Assembly: GCA_965262955.1 (NCBI GenBank)
Contig: CBDHGE010000001.1
Location: forward strand, 208,046-272,045
Source of the DNA: Candidatus Poribacteria bacterium
GTDB lineage: Bacteria; Poribacteria; WGA-4E; WGA-3G
DNA length: 64,000 nt
Reading direction: 5' to 3'
This document shows, piece after piece, positions 1 to 9,850 of the stretch. The position numbers were made by a program, and so were the translations under genes. Below the pieces are notes generated by a model. That model searched no databases. It was not told the origin of the DNA and saw nothing but the letters and a program-made list of their open reading frames with translations. How positions within the stretch are numbered: position 1 is the stretch's first letter; each line of letters opens with the position of its first letter.

Positions 1-440
1 TGTTTGGAAACGAGTGTATAGGTGCCGCTGAGTGTTTGCGCAACCCTGTAGGATTTTGAATAGACGATGATTGATGCGGATTTGTGGACATCTTCCTCAC
101 CTCCATCCCGGACGTAGAGATAAACGGTCACGGCGACCGGCGGGACGACTTCTTCAGGTGGGAGTTCAGGCGCAGTCCACTGAACTGCGGGTCCTGCTTC
201 CCCAATCAAAGTGCCGTCGGATACATCCCACGTATACGTCAAAGGATCGTTTTCAGGATCAAAAACTCTGGATTTAAATTCAACGGTTTCACCGTATTCA
301 ACCTCACTGGGGACAGTGAAACTGGTTATTTTAGGTGGGTCATTAGTGAGTTTCCTATATTCGTCACAACCGCTGAATATAGCGATTTGGAAAACCACCA
401 AAATGATTACACCTATTTGCGTTAACTTAAAGGAATACAT
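1..440 (-). CDS. Partial lipoprotein running off the window start. The N-terminal domain is paralogous to the thioredoxin-domain lipoprotein at 5641..6972.
   Basis: Nucleotides 1-440 align at about 80% with 6536-6972. The minus-strand translation from the ATG at 440 is MYSFKLTQIGVIILVVFQIAIFSGCDEY, a signal peptide plus lipobox. The frame stays open to the window edge. It is absent from the ORF track because it is edge-truncated. Confidence 0.55.
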   Translation of the reverse strand, partial: MYSFKLTQIGVIILVVFQIAIFSGCDEYRKLTNDPPKITSFTVPSEVEYGETVEFKSRVFDPENDPLTYTWDVSDGTLIGEAGPAVQWTAPELPPEEVVPPVAVTVYLYVRDGGEEDVHKSASIIVYSKSYRVAQTLSGTYTLVSK

Positions 441-544
441 AAAACATGCTCCATGTTAGTTAATGGCAGTAATGTAGGTTCTGCCGTATGAATTGCTTAC
501 TATAGGAACTCAAGTTGGTTCCTAAAAAGTTGTAGGTGTTCACA

Positions 545-660
545 CACAATATTGTCTGAATGCACATCGCATGAATCAACGCCGAATGCGCGTGTGGCAT
601 TCGTCGGGGTCTTTACGCCGCAAACCAGGATTTACAGGATTTTTAAGATTTTCAGGATAA
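545..660 (-). promoter_or_regulatory. Conserved upstream motif (TTCAGACAA plus ATCCTGnAAAT direct repeats) before the lipoprotein paralog. Copy 1 carries an inserted hairpin.
   Basis: The motif is shared with 7015-7055 and 9820-9850, both upstream of cassette genes. In this copy the direct repeats lie at 625-660 and TTCAGACAA at 548-556. The two parts are separated by an imperfect inverted repeat, cgccgaatgc..gcattcgtcgg. Confidence 0.3.
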
Positions 661-681
661 CAGCCCCTCTCTGGTTGAAAT

Positions 682-702
682 GGGTAGGCACAAGGCCTAC
701 CC
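682..702 (-). terminator. Conserved hairpin GGGTAGGC-acaag-GCCTACCC, 18 nt downstream of the WD40-metzincin gene stop. It has no T-tract, so its terminator or RNA-processing role is uncertain.
   Basis: A perfect 8-bp stem. The same hairpin and flanks, ggttgaaatgggtagg..caag..cctacccctacagtag, recur at 7071-7091 after the second WD40 gene. Confidence 0.35.
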
Positions 703-719
703 CTACAGTAGAAGAAATA

Positions 720-3700
720 TTACTTGCGTATCAACATCTTCCGTGTTGCGGTGTAATCGCCTGCGGTTAAGGTATAGAAGTAAATTCCGCTTGCAACGGG
801 TTCACCGAATTCATTCCTGCCATCCCAATATACCGCACGACTCCTACCTCGATACATGCCAGCAGCTTGATGTCCTAACGACAAATAACGCACTAAACGA
901 CCGTCTATCCCATAGATATGTACCGTCACATCTGCAGGATTTGACAACTGATACGGGATCCATGTTTCTGGATTGAACGGGTTTGGATAGTTCGGCAATA
1001 GGGTTGTATCTTCTGGAACCTGCACTGCGGAGAGATGTATCGCTGGAGCTGCTTGGACAGCACCAGTCGTACTCCGAAAATACTCGTAGTCAACTACTAA
1101 GGTGCCTGTTTGTGCGGCTACACCGGCATAAATCCCCAACTGTAACGGTGGAGTCAATGGAAAATGCGTAACGCCAATCTCTATCCAAGGCTCTGCCGCA
1201 CGGGTTTTATACCATCCGGTGTAGGCATCCCCGTCTTTGCGGAGGCGGAAAAATAGTTCGGTATCTCCATGCGTCGGCGTGAACCCCGCATTACCTGTTA
1301 AACCGTCTCCATGTTCACGTCCTCTGGTTTGATACTGAATTCGTCCCTTTGCACCCGGACCTTGAGACCAAAACTTTAGGGTTACCCAGTTATTGTCCGT
1401 GGGACTTTTCACAACAAGTCCATTAACTCCTGCAGTGGTATCCCATCTGGCAAAAAAGTGGGTTTCTACATCAAATGTATCGGCATCTGTCTCCTGATAT
1501 AGGAAATGAGAGGTATCCGATGTCCACTGGTTCCGGTTGGTCTCACCCTCGATATGTAGGAAATTACTTCGAGTTTCTCCGACATCCCAATTCGCTGGTT
1601 CATTTTGCCACTGCCAATTGGGGTTTTGCAGTGCTGTTCCTTCAAAGGAATCGTCAAAGTTGTCGGATATTCGCGTCGTGGCTATCGGTGTAACAGAGGC
1701 ATCCGCACCCATCGCTCGCTTGATTTCGGATACGTCCAGAGCAACGTTCCAGATAGCGACCTCATCAATCAGACCGATGTAGTGTTCCCGATTCCCTTCA
1801 CTATTTCTTCCGATAGAGAGTGGCACGTCGTTGGTATCAATTCGACCCGTTGCCGCGGTTTCTACTTTAAGTTCACCGTTATAGTACAGTTTCATCCGAT
1901 TGCCATCGTAGGTTGCAGTTAGGTGTGTCCACTGATTTAGTGGCAGTTGCGGACTGGGTCCGTTCCCACAACGTACTTCTCGTCCGCCATCAACTGACAT
2001 AATGAAACCTGTTTTTCCGTTGGAACCACCTTGCTGATAGAGTCCATAAACCATCCAAGGTGCAGTATCCCCCGCCCACGTTTTGACGATAATACGAAGC
2101 CACTCATGTGTAAATCGTGTCGGGTGCACCCACGCCATCAATGTAATTTCATCGGTGATGTCCAGAGAGGGTGAGTCTGGCACCTCCACCCAGCTGCCGC
2201 GTTGTCCAGTTAGTTCGATGGCTTCCCCGTTCTTCCCTTGTACCCATCGTGCGTTATGAACAATTCCGTTATTGCTGTGCTTGGAGGCATCTGTGGCGGT
2301 CGTTCCGACCCCGGCGTCAAATGGAAGATAAAGCACCAAATCATCAGCGTGGATAGTTCCGATAACCGAATCGGTTTCTATGGTCTCTGTGACACGCACG
2401 TCTTCGACCTGTACTGTGATATGTCGCACAACGCGCGATGTGCCGTCGCTTGCTGTTATCGCTACCGTCGAATTACCGACGCCTCTTGGCACGATTGCTA
2501 TCTGGGTTCCCAACGTGCGGACAGTCACCACGCCTGTGTTCGTTGATTCAACCTCATAACTCAAAACATCGTTGTCGGGATCGTTGAAATAAGATGACAT
2601 GTTCAGCATCATAGTACTACCGACGGTCAAAGTTTGGGCAGGGATTGTGCCAATTGCAACTGGAGACCGGTTTGATGTGTCTTCTATCGTCAACGGAAAC
2701 GTCTGTTTTGTAATGTTTCCACTCACATCAATAACCTGAAGCGTTATCTCGCTATCAACCCCAACTGTTAAGTCGGTTGTGACGAATTCAACCGTCTGCC
2801 TTTTGCCATTCAGGGATTTGCAACTATGCAACTTTAAGCCTGAGGCAGGATCGGTAGCTGCTACCGGGACAAGCAGCTGTGCCTGACGGAGGCCATCTGC
2901 ATCGTTCAGTTCAAACTGGAGACGAAGAGTCCGCGGGTTTGAGGCATTCGAGGCACGCATAGCAATCGTCGCGTTTTCATTGAAAAAGATTGGATCGTTA
3001 TTGAAGAAACGATGGGCATCCAACCATTCGGTGGCACAGTGCGACAAACGTTGCTGGGTGCCGTATCCCATCAGATAGGCATTGTCCCGGAAATCGTGCT
3101 CTAATCCAAAGACGTGTCCGAGTTCATGAGCAGTAATACTGGGGTTAATGCATACACCAGAGGCTGGGATGACTGCTAACCCGCCAAAATCTCGCCGCCA
3201 ATTCTCGTTATCAGACGAATTCCAACCGCCACCGCCTATCCCACAGGTATTTTCGTTATTAATAAATTCGCTACTCACATCTATTGCGACTAAAAAGACG
3301 TTTTTTGACGTATCAAACTGCTCAGCGATCTCATTCAGTACTTTGTTGTAGGTATCCTGATGATAGTATGTATCCGTGAACTTTCCGGTAACATGGTGGA
3401 CTTGTGCGTAACCGGTAGGCTCGGTTTCAAAGGCAAAGGTTTTTCGGTTGCCAATGCCTTGCATCTGTTCTGCGTAGAAGTACTGTGTCCATCTTATCAA
3501 TGTGTCTAATTCCTTCTCGATCCCTTGTCGGTGTGAACGATCGCTTGGGCGGAAGTAGACTAAGCGAACCATTTCTCGTTCATACTGTTGGATGGCTGTA
3601 TCATCTTCGGTCTGCGATATGGGTGTATTCTGTTTGGGCTTTTGGCTGTCTGTTTCCCGTTGCAAACGTTGCGTGGCGATGGGTGTAACATCCCACAAGA

Positions 3701-5603
3701 GGACGGTGCCATCGGGACTCCCAGTAGCGAGTGTGGTACCATCTGGACTAAAGGCGAGACTTTCAATCCAGTGCGCATGTCCATAGAGGACTTTGAATCG
3801 TTCCCCTGTGGCAACATCCCAAAAGAGTATCTCGGCTCCATTTCCGCCGGTTACGAGCATAGTGCCATCGGGACTGAAACTAACACCAGAATAATAGCAG
3901 GATCTTGAGATTGGAAGTGCGGCTTTGCGTTGCCCAGTCGCGACATCCCACAGCACGACCTTGGCATCATTATATCGCTCCCCCGGAGTCTCCACAGCGA
4001 GCGTTTTGCCATCCGGACTAAAAGTGATCCCAACACCACCTTTGATATGCCCACCGAGGGTATGGAGGAGTCGTCCGGTACCAACATCCCACACCCGAAC
4101 GGTGTCGTCATTATAACCACCACTTGCAAGTATGCTACCATTGGGACTGAAACTGACGCTCTGGACATGGGCAGTATGTCCTCTGAGGGTGGCTTTATGT
4201 GCGCCAGACCTTGCGTCCCACAAGCGTACAGTGGAATCCCCACCGCCACCGGCAATTGTCCTGCCGTCCGGAGAATAGGCAACGCACCAGACCCACTCCG
4301 TATGTCCAGTAAGTGTTACCTTTTGCCGCCCTGTGCGAACATCCCACAGATGGACTACTTTTTGAGTTGCAACCGCCAGTGTAAGTCCATCAGGAGAATA
4401 CGCGAGCGTGTCGCCCCAATTAGACCTCGTGGGCGGTGAGGGTTTAAGTTGTTCTGTAGCAATATCCCACAACTGGACACCGCTGTCAGCTCCAATTGCC
4501 AACGTGCCACCATCGGGAGAATATACAACCCTAACGACTTCTTTCGTATAACCTTTAATCGTAGATGTAATTTGACCTGTGCGAACATCCCAGAAGTGTA
4601 TCGTTCCACTCCGACTTACCCCAGCGAGTGTACGACCATCCCGTTGAAACATGAGGGAGCCAACACTGAAGGCATACCCGGCAGTGGCTTGGATTTCCCC
4701 CGCTGTAGCACTTTCAAATGTAGCTTTGACTTGTCCTGTGGTAGCATCCCAGACTCGAATTTTTCCATCCCAATGGCTGCTTACGAATATGGTACCATCT
4801 GGACTGAAGCTGGTGCTCTCGCCCCACCAATGCTCTGTAAGTGTGGATCTGAATCGCCCTGTGCCAGCATCCCATAGTATTATTTTTCCATCCCAACCTC
4901 CAGATGCGAGGGTTCTGCCATCCGGACTAAAGCTGACGCTACCGATCATTTTGGTATGCCCCGTTAGGTTCGCTATGAGTCTACCAGATCCTACATCCCA
5001 CAACCGCACAGTGGTGTCTCCACTCCCACTTGCGAGGGTCCTACCATCCGGACTGAACGCAATACCGGTGATGTCACTTGTGTGCCCTTGCAAAGTTCTG
5101 AGGATCTTACCGGTGCGGGTGTCCCACAACCTTATAGCGTTGTCAGCATACCCAGCACAAGCGAGTATACGACCATCGGGCGAATACCGAATGCTCTGAA
5201 TATCAGCATAACGGTTTTCAATAGGCGGTACACTAAGTATGTCTCTGGACTGCCACGTGGCAGTATCCCAGAGATGCACGTCGTGAACACTCCCACTTGC
5301 GAGTGTTCGACCATCGGGAGAATAAGCAACACTCCGAAATCTACGCGGTTTAGACGGATCTGGGGTGAGCCATTCAAGTACTGCTTCCGTTTGTGCATCG
5401 TATACCCAAACCCCAACGGAACTGGCTACTGCAAGTTGCGTCTCATCTGGAGAATATGTCAGTTCTCTTATGATACCTTTTCCGAAGCGAGCAATTGCAC
5501 CTTCAGGTAAATTCCATTGCGTGTAACTTTGTGCGAAGCTGTTTGGCACAACAGCAAGTGCTATCAACACGACAGCCAAAATCGAAAATAGTGTGATTTT
5601 CAT
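720..5603 (-). CDS. Giant secreted multidomain protein of 1627 aa. It has a signal peptide, about 14 WD40 repeats (two beta-propellers), a matrixin-like zinc metalloprotease (HELGHVFGLEH), a cadherin-like Ig domain, LamG/ConA-like lectin domains, and a T9SS type-A C-terminal sorting domain.
   Basis: The N-terminal signal peptide is MKITLFSILAVVLIALAVVPNSFAQ. WD40 motifs such as LASGSGDTTVRLWD recur. The metzincin motif HExxHxxGxxH is encoded around 3085-3125. The C-terminus, NYPNPFNPETWIPYQL...GIYFYTLTAGDYTATRKMLIRK, matches the Por-secretion tail. Confidence 0.85.
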   Translation of the reverse strand: MKITLFSILAVVLIALAVVPNSFAQSYTQWNLPEGAIARFGKGIIRELTYSPDETQLAVASSVGVWVYDAQTEAVLEWLTPDPSKPRRFRSVAYSPDGRTLASGSVHDVHLWDTATWQSRDILSVPPIENRYADIQSIRYSPDGRILACAGYADNAIRLWDTRTGKILRTLQGHTSDITGIAFSPDGRTLASGSGDTTVRLWDVGSGRLIANLTGHTKMIGSVSFSPDGRTLASGGWDGKIILWDAGTGRFRSTLTEHWWGESTSFSPDGTIFVSSHWDGKIRVWDATTGQVKATFESATAGEIQATAGYAFSVGSLMFQRDGRTLAGVSRSGTIHFWDVRTGQITSTIKGYTKEVVRVVYSPDGGTLAIGADSGVQLWDIATEQLKPSPPTRSNWGDTLAYSPDGLTLAVATQKVVHLWDVRTGRQKVTLTGHTEWVWCVAYSPDGRTIAGGGGDSTVRLWDARSGAHKATLRGHTAHVQSVSFSPNGSILASGGYNDDTVRVWDVGTGRLLHTLGGHIKGGVGITFSPDGKTLAVETPGERYNDAKVVLWDVATGQRKAALPISRSCYYSGVSFSPDGTMLVTGGNGAEILFWDVATGERFKVLYGHAHWIESLAFSPDGTTLATGSPDGTVLLWDVTPIATQRLQRETDSQKPKQNTPISQTEDDTAIQQYEREMVRLVYFRPSDRSHRQGIEKELDTLIRWTQYFYAEQMQGIGNRKTFAFETEPTGYAQVHHVTGKFTDTYYHQDTYNKVLNEIAEQFDTSKNVFLVAIDVSSEFINNENTCGIGGGGWNSSDNENWRRDFGGLAVIPASGVCINPSITAHELGHVFGLEHDFRDNAYLMGYGTQQRLSHCATEWLDAHRFFNNDPIFFNENATIAMRASNASNPRTLRLQFELNDADGLRQAQLLVPVAATDPASGLKLHSCKSLNGKRQTVEFVTTDLTVGVDSEITLQVIDVSGNITKQTFPLTIEDTSNRSPVAIGTIPAQTLTVGSTMMLNMSSYFNDPDNDVLSYEVESTNTGVVTVRTLGTQIAIVPRGVGNSTVAITASDGTSRVVRHITVQVEDVRVTETIETDSVIGTIHADDLVLYLPFDAGVGTTATDASKHSNNGIVHNARWVQGKNGEAIELTGQRGSWVEVPDSPSLDITDEITLMAWVHPTRFTHEWLRIIVKTWAGDTAPWMVYGLYQQGGSNGKTGFIMSVDGGREVRCGNGPSPQLPLNQWTHLTATYDGNRMKLYYNGELKVETAATGRIDTNDVPLSIGRNSEGNREHYIGLIDEVAIWNVALDVSEIKRAMGADASVTPIATTRISDNFDDSFEGTALQNPNWQWQNEPANWDVGETRSNFLHIEGETNRNQWTSDTSHFLYQETDADTFDVETHFFARWDTTAGVNGLVVKSPTDNNWVTLKFWSQGPGAKGRIQYQTRGREHGDGLTGNAGFTPTHGDTELFFRLRKDGDAYTGWYKTRAAEPWIEIGVTHFPLTPPLQLGIYAGVAAQTGTLVVDYEYFRSTTGAVQAAPAIHLSAVQVPEDTTLLPNYPNPFNPETWIPYQLSNPADVTVHIYGIDGRLVRYLSLGHQAAGMYRGRSRAVYWDGRNEFGEPVASGIYFYTLTAGDYTATRKMLIRK

Positions 5604-5640
5604 TGGGAATCTCCTTCTTTAGCACGTGTCCCGTCAAAAT

Positions 5641-6972
5641 CTACTTTAGTGCATCTAAGATCTTCTCTGCAAAAACCGTTTTAGGCATTACCCCAACCAT
5701 TTTTCCGACCACTTTGCCATCTTGGAAGATAATATACGTTGGAATCCCATTGACTTTATATTCTCCGGGCGTCCGCGGGTTTGCATCAATATCCAATCGT
5801 CCAACGATGAAAGTATTACGGTGTTCCAATGCGACTGTCTCAACGACTGGCATCATTTGTCGGCAGAAGGGACACCAATCGGCAGCAAATTCAAGCACAA
5901 CGGGTGCCTTAGCATCCAGCACCTCGGTTTTGAATGTAGCATCGGTAATCTCAACAATTTTCCCATCAGCATTAATCAGTACTGGATCCACATCTTCTTC
6001 GGGAACTACATCAACGGGTTCGGGAACTACATCATCAACAATCTCAATCGGTTCATCAGCAACAGGTTCGGGAACTACATCATCAACGACTTCAATCGGA
6101 TCATCAGCAATCGGTTCAGGGACCACATCGTCAACGACTTCAATCGGATCATCAGCAATCGGTTCAGGGTCAATACCGTCATCAACAGGGACGGGATCGG
6201 TGTTGACCGGTTCAGGAGCAATATCTTTCGGATCATCGACTGTAATATCTCCAGTATCCTCTCCTATGATGCTGTAAACGTACCGCGTAGCAGTGGCTCG
6301 CATAAAGAGGACCAAGAGTCTACCGTCCCAAGTATATGTCCCCGTCAAAGGCGTAGGATTGCCATCAACAAACCAGTGAATCGTTCCTGTACTCTGGTCA
6401 AAAGGTGCAACAAGTTTATAGGTGCCCGAGCTATATTGAACTGGACCTTGGGCTTCGTCTTGGAATTCCCGTGTAAACGTTGAAATCGTGAGTCGCAGGA
6501 CGCCGGTTTCTTCAACGGGGTCTCCATGAACCTGCTTGGAAACGAGTTCATAGGTGCCGCTGAGTACTTGCGCAATCCGGTATGGTTTTGAAAAAATGAT
6601 AACTGATGCCGATTTGTGGACCTCTTCCTCGCCGCCATCCTGCACGGAAACGGAAACGGCTACCGTCGTTGGAGGCACAATTTCCTCAGGTGGAAGTTCT
6701 GGAGCAGTCCATTGAACTTCAGGTCCTGTGTCAACAATCAAAGTGCCTTTGGATACATCCCATACATAGGTTAAAGTATCATCTTCAGGATCAAATGCCC
6801 TCGCTTTAAATCTGACGGTTTCACCGTATGGGACTTCACCGGGGACAGTGAAACTGGTTATTTTAGGTGGGTCATTGGTGAGTTCATCATATTGGTCACA
6901 ACCGCTTAAGATGGCGATTTGGAGAGCTAACACAATGACCAAGCTGATCTGAGTTAGTTTAGAAAAATGCAC
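5641..6972 (-). CDS. Lipoprotein with an N-terminal Ig/FN3-like domain, an acidic 16-aa tandem-repeat linker and a C-terminal thioredoxin domain (WCPFC). It ends 37 bp upstream of the WD40-metzincin gene, so the two are probably co-transcribed.
   Basis: The signal and lipobox are ILSGC. Repeats of PEPIADDPIEVVDDVV occur about 3.5 times. The thioredoxin CxxC motif is WCPFCRQMMPV. Confidence 0.8.
   Translation of the reverse strand: MHFSKLTQISLVIVLALQIAILSGCDQYDELTNDPPKITSFTVPGEVPYGETVRFKARAFDPEDDTLTYVWDVSKGTLIVDTGPEVQWTAPELPPEEIVPPTTVAVSVSVQDGGEEEVHKSASVIIFSKPYRIAQVLSGTYELVSKQVHGDPVEETGVLRLTISTFTREFQDEAQGPVQYSSGTYKLVAPFDQSTGTIHWFVDGNPTPLTGTYTWDGRLLVLFMRATATRYVYSIIGEDTGDITVDDPKDIAPEPVNTDPVPVDDGIDPEPIADDPIEVVDDVVPEPIADDPIEVVDDVVPEPVADEPIEIVDDVVPEPVDVVPEEDVDPVLINADGKIVEITDATFKTEVLDAKAPVVLEFAADWCPFCRQMMPVVETVALEHRNTFIVGRLDIDANPRTPGEYKVNGIPTYIIFQDGKVVGKMVGVMPKTVFAEKILDALK
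5995..6180. repeat. Tandem repeat of 48 bp, about 3.5 near-identical copies, encoding the acidic PEPIADDPIEVVDDVV linker of the Trx lipoprotein.
   Basis: Repeated units of ggaactacatcatcaacgacttcaatcggatcatcagcaatcggttcagg are directly visible. Confidence 0.7.
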
Positions 6973-7014
6973 AAGATATCTCCTTGTAGACCACTACAAA
7001 TCTGTTGTCTGAAC

Positions 7015-7055
7015 CAAGATTTTCAGGATTTTTATAATTTTCAGGATTATTGACA
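7015..7055 (-). promoter_or_regulatory. Conserved ATCCTGAAAAT direct repeats (18-bp period) plus TTCAGACAA, 35-80 bp upstream of the Trx-lipoprotein start.
   Basis: The minus-strand reading is AATCCTGAAAATtataaaaATCCTGAAAATcttggTTCAGACAAcag. It is shared with 625-660 and 9820-9850. Confidence 0.35.
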
Positions 7056-7070
7056 CTTTCCGGTTGAAAT

Positions 7071-7091
7071 GGGTAGGTACAAGACCTACCC
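7071..7091 (-). terminator. Second copy of the conserved GGGTAGGT-acaag-ACCTACCC hairpin, downstream of the WD40-dockerin gene.
   Basis: Same structure and flanks as 682-702. Confidence 0.35.
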
Positions 7092-7108
7092 CTACAGTAG
7101 AAAAGATA

Positions 7109-9781
7109 TTATTTGCGTATCAGCATTTTACGCGTCGCAGTGAAATCGCCTGCGGTTAAGGTATAGAAATACACGCCGCTTGCGACGGATTCACCTACTG
7201 CGTTTTTGCCATCCCAATATGCCGCACGGCTACGGGATTGGTAGATGCCTACTGCTTTATGCCCTAATGACAACGTTCTGACCAAACTCCCACCTACCGC
7301 ATAGATACGCAGGGTCACATCTGCGGGAGTTGCCAACTGATACGGAATCCACGTCTCTGGATTGAACGGGTTCGGGTAGTTTGCTAACAACGCTGTCTCT
7401 TTTGGAGTTAATGTCAACAGCAGCTGCTCAAGGAAGCGGATACCGCGTTGAGAGATTGCATCGGTAAGATTAAGTTGCTGTGCTTGTGTTAACCACTGCT
7501 GCACGGTCTCTGGAGAGAGTCGAGAGAGATTCGCTACAGCAGCTGGTGCACTGGCAGCCGTTTCTCCGAATGCCGCAGCCACGGAAACAAGGTCCCGAAT
7601 GTCAACTGTGCCATCACCATTGATGTCAGCAGGCGTTTCGCCTGTTTCGCCAAATGCCGCTGCTACGGAGACGAGATCGCGTATGTCAACCGTTCCATCA
7701 CCCGTGACATCGGCTGCGAGGCGAGGCGGTTCGGGTTCGACTTCTGGTTCCGGTTCGGGTTCCGGTTCTGGAGCGAGGTCCCACAGCAGCACGGTGGAAT
7801 CTTCACTACCACTCGCCAATGTCCTACCATCTGGACTGAACGAGACACTCTCAACATACGAGGTATGCCCAGTGAACTGGGATTGCAGCGTCCCAGTAGC
7901 AACATCCCACAGCCGGACCGTGCCGTCAACACTTCCACTGGCAAGGGTAGCTCCATCTGGACTGAACGACACACTCTCAACTTCATCTGTATGCCCAGTG
8001 AGTTCGGATTGCAGCGTCCCTGTCCCTATATTCCACAAACGCACCGTGGTGTCCCAACCCCCACTCGCAAGCATCTGACTACTCGGATTGAACGATACAC
8101 TCCGGACAGGCAAAGTATGTCCCATGAGTTCGGATTTCAGTGTTTCTGTCCCAACGTCCCATATACGCACCGTGGTGTCCCGACCCCCACTCGCAAGCAT
8201 TGAACCATCGGGACTGAACAATACAGTTTTGACCCAATGCGTATGTCCTGTGAGTTCGGCTTTCAACGTCCCAGTTCCTACATCCCACAAACGTACTGTT
8301 CCGTCACTACTACCACTGGCAAGGGTAGCTCCATTTGGACTGAACGATACACTATGAACACCTTCCGTATGCCCCTCGAGCGTAGTTTTCAGCGCACCAC
8401 TCCCGACATCCCATAAACGAATGGTCCGGTCTGCACTTCCACTGGCAAGGGTAGTTCCATTCGGACTGAACGATACACTCTCGACCCAGAGCGTATGTCC
8501 TGTGAGTATAGTGCTGACCGCCCCTGTGCCAACACTCCATAAACGCACAGTATTGTCATAACTCCCGCTCGCAAGTGAGGTGCCTTTCGGACCGAATGAT
8601 ACACTCGCGACACCACCTATATGCCCGGTGAATGTGGTTTTGAGGTCCCCCGTCTCAACATCCCACCAACGTACCGTATTGTCATAACTCCAACTCGCAA
8701 GCGTTTGACCATCCGGGCTGAACGACACATTCAAGACCTCGCGCGTATGTTCGGTGAACGTGGTTTTGAGGTCCCCCGTCCCAACGTTCCACAAACGCAC
8801 CGTGGTGTCACTACTACCACTCGCTAACGTCATACTATCTGGACTGAACGATACACTCTCGATCAAGGACGTATGCCCCATAAGCTCAAATTTTAACGTG
8901 CCAGTCGCAACATTCCATAAACGTACTGATCCCTCTGAACTCCCACTAGCGAGGGTCGTGCCATCTGGACTGAACGACACACTAAAGACATGATCGGTAT
9001 GCCCTGTGAGTTCGGATTTCAGTGTTCCAGTCCCTACATCCCATAAATGCACTAGTCCGCGTAAACTCCCACTAGCGAGGGTCGTGCCATCTGGACTGAA
9101 CGACACACTCTTGACCCCAATCGCACCCCCTGTGAGTTCAGATTTCAGCGTCCCTGTCCCTACATCCCATAAATGCACCGAGCCACTACCACCCATACAG
9201 GCAAGCGTCGTGCCATCTGGACTGAATGACACACTCTTGATACCACCCCAATGCTTTTCGAGCTCGGATTTTAGCGTCCCTGTCCCTACATCCCATAAAC
9301 GCACCGTAGGGTCGGATAGCCCGCTACTCGCAAGCGTTTGACCATCTGGACTGAACGATACACTCGAAATCTGATGCGTATGTCCAGTAAGCGTCGCTTT
9401 CGGCACAGCCGTCATAACGTCCCACAAACGCACCGTCGTGTCCTCATTCCCACTCGCTAACGTCATGCCATCCGGACTAAACGACACACTCTTGACCGAG
9501 TTTGTATGCTCTGTGAGGAGTGCGAGTTCTTGGTATGTCTCGGTATCATAAAGCCATATACCGATGCTACTTCCTACCGCAAGCAGTGAACCGTCTGAAG
9601 AATATGTTACCGCATTTATACTACCTTTACCGAATCGCGCTTTGGCTCCTTCGGGTAAACCCAATTGCGTATACTCCTGATATTGTCCGAAGGTACTTGG
9701 TAGATACACTGTTGAAAATAAAATGAACGCCAAAATTATTGAAAATAATCTCGTTTTCATCGGAAGTTTACCTCTTTTCAA
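7109..9781 (-). CDS. Secreted WD40 beta-propeller protein of 890 aa, with about 14 repeats, a Pro-Glu linker, duplicated dockerin type-I repeats and a T9SS type-A C-terminal sorting domain.
   Basis: A signal peptide is present and LASGS.D.TVRLWDV repeats recur. The linker is PEPEPEPEPEVEPEPP. The dockerin repeats read DVTGDGTVDIRDLV twice. The C-terminus is NYPNPFNPETWIPYQL...GVYFYTLTAGDFTATRKMLIRK. The likely true start is M8, with AGAGG 9 nt upstream, at about 9760. Confidence 0.85.
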   Translation of the reverse strand: MKRGKLPMKTRLFSIILAFILFSTVYLPSTFGQYQEYTQLGLPEGAKARFGKGSINAVTYSSDGSLLAVGSSIGIWLYDTETYQELALLTEHTNSVKSVSFSPDGMTLASGNEDTTVRLWDVMTAVPKATLTGHTHQISSVSFSPDGQTLASSGLSDPTVRLWDVGTGTLKSELEKHWGGIKSVSFSPDGTTLACMGGSGSVHLWDVGTGTLKSELTGGAIGVKSVSFSPDGTTLASGSLRGLVHLWDVGTGTLKSELTGHTDHVFSVSFSPDGTTLASGSSEGSVRLWNVATGTLKFELMGHTSLIESVSFSPDSMTLASGSSDTTVRLWNVGTGDLKTTFTEHTREVLNVSFSPDGQTLASWSYDNTVRWWDVETGDLKTTFTGHIGGVASVSFGPKGTSLASGSYDNTVRLWSVGTGAVSTILTGHTLWVESVSFSPNGTTLASGSADRTIRLWDVGSGALKTTLEGHTEGVHSVSFSPNGATLASGSSDGTVRLWDVGTGTLKAELTGHTHWVKTVLFSPDGSMLASGGRDTTVRIWDVGTETLKSELMGHTLPVRSVSFNPSSQMLASGGWDTTVRLWNIGTGTLQSELTGHTDEVESVSFSPDGATLASGSVDGTVRLWDVATGTLQSQFTGHTSYVESVSFSPDGRTLASGSEDSTVLLWDLAPEPEPEPEPEVEPEPPRLAADVTGDGTVDIRDLVSVAAAFGETGETPADINGDGTVDIRDLVSVAAAFGETAASAPAAVANLSRLSPETVQQWLTQAQQLNLTDAISQRGIRFLEQLLLTLTPKETALLANYPNPFNPETWIPYQLATPADVTLRIYAVGGSLVRTLSLGHKAVGIYQSRSRAAYWDGKNAVGESVASGVYFYTLTAGDFTATRKMLIRK

Positions 9782-9819
9782 AGATTGAAGGTGGCTCTTA
9801 CATCAGGGATTTATTATCA

Positions 9820-9850
9820 GTTGTCTGAATCAGGATTTGCAGGATTAGAG
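9820..9850 (-). promoter_or_regulatory. Third copy of the ATCCTGnAAAT direct repeat plus TTCAGACAA motif, 40-70 bp upstream of the WD40-dockerin gene.
   Basis: The minus-strand reading is ATCCTGCAAATCCTGATTCAGACAACTG. Confidence 0.35.

Noticed and set aside
71-459. Plus-strand ORFs 71..277, 84..425 and 211..459 at the window start
   Set aside because: The region aligns with the N-terminal coding part of the minus-strand lipoprotein at 5641..6972, so the coding strand is the minus strand. These ORFs are antisense artefacts.
5995-6180. Possible CRISPR-like array (also considered for 12706-12753)
   Set aside because: The repeats are contiguous with no spacers. One is in-frame coding (48-bp units) and the other is a simple 16-bp tandem triplet. 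No cas genes are present.
5603-6483. Plus-strand ORFs 5603..6277 and 5722..6483, Ser/Thr/Gly-rich
   Set aside because: They are antisense to the Trx-lipoprotein gene. Their repetitive TSS/GSG sequence is just the complement of the acidic PEPIADD tandem repeat.
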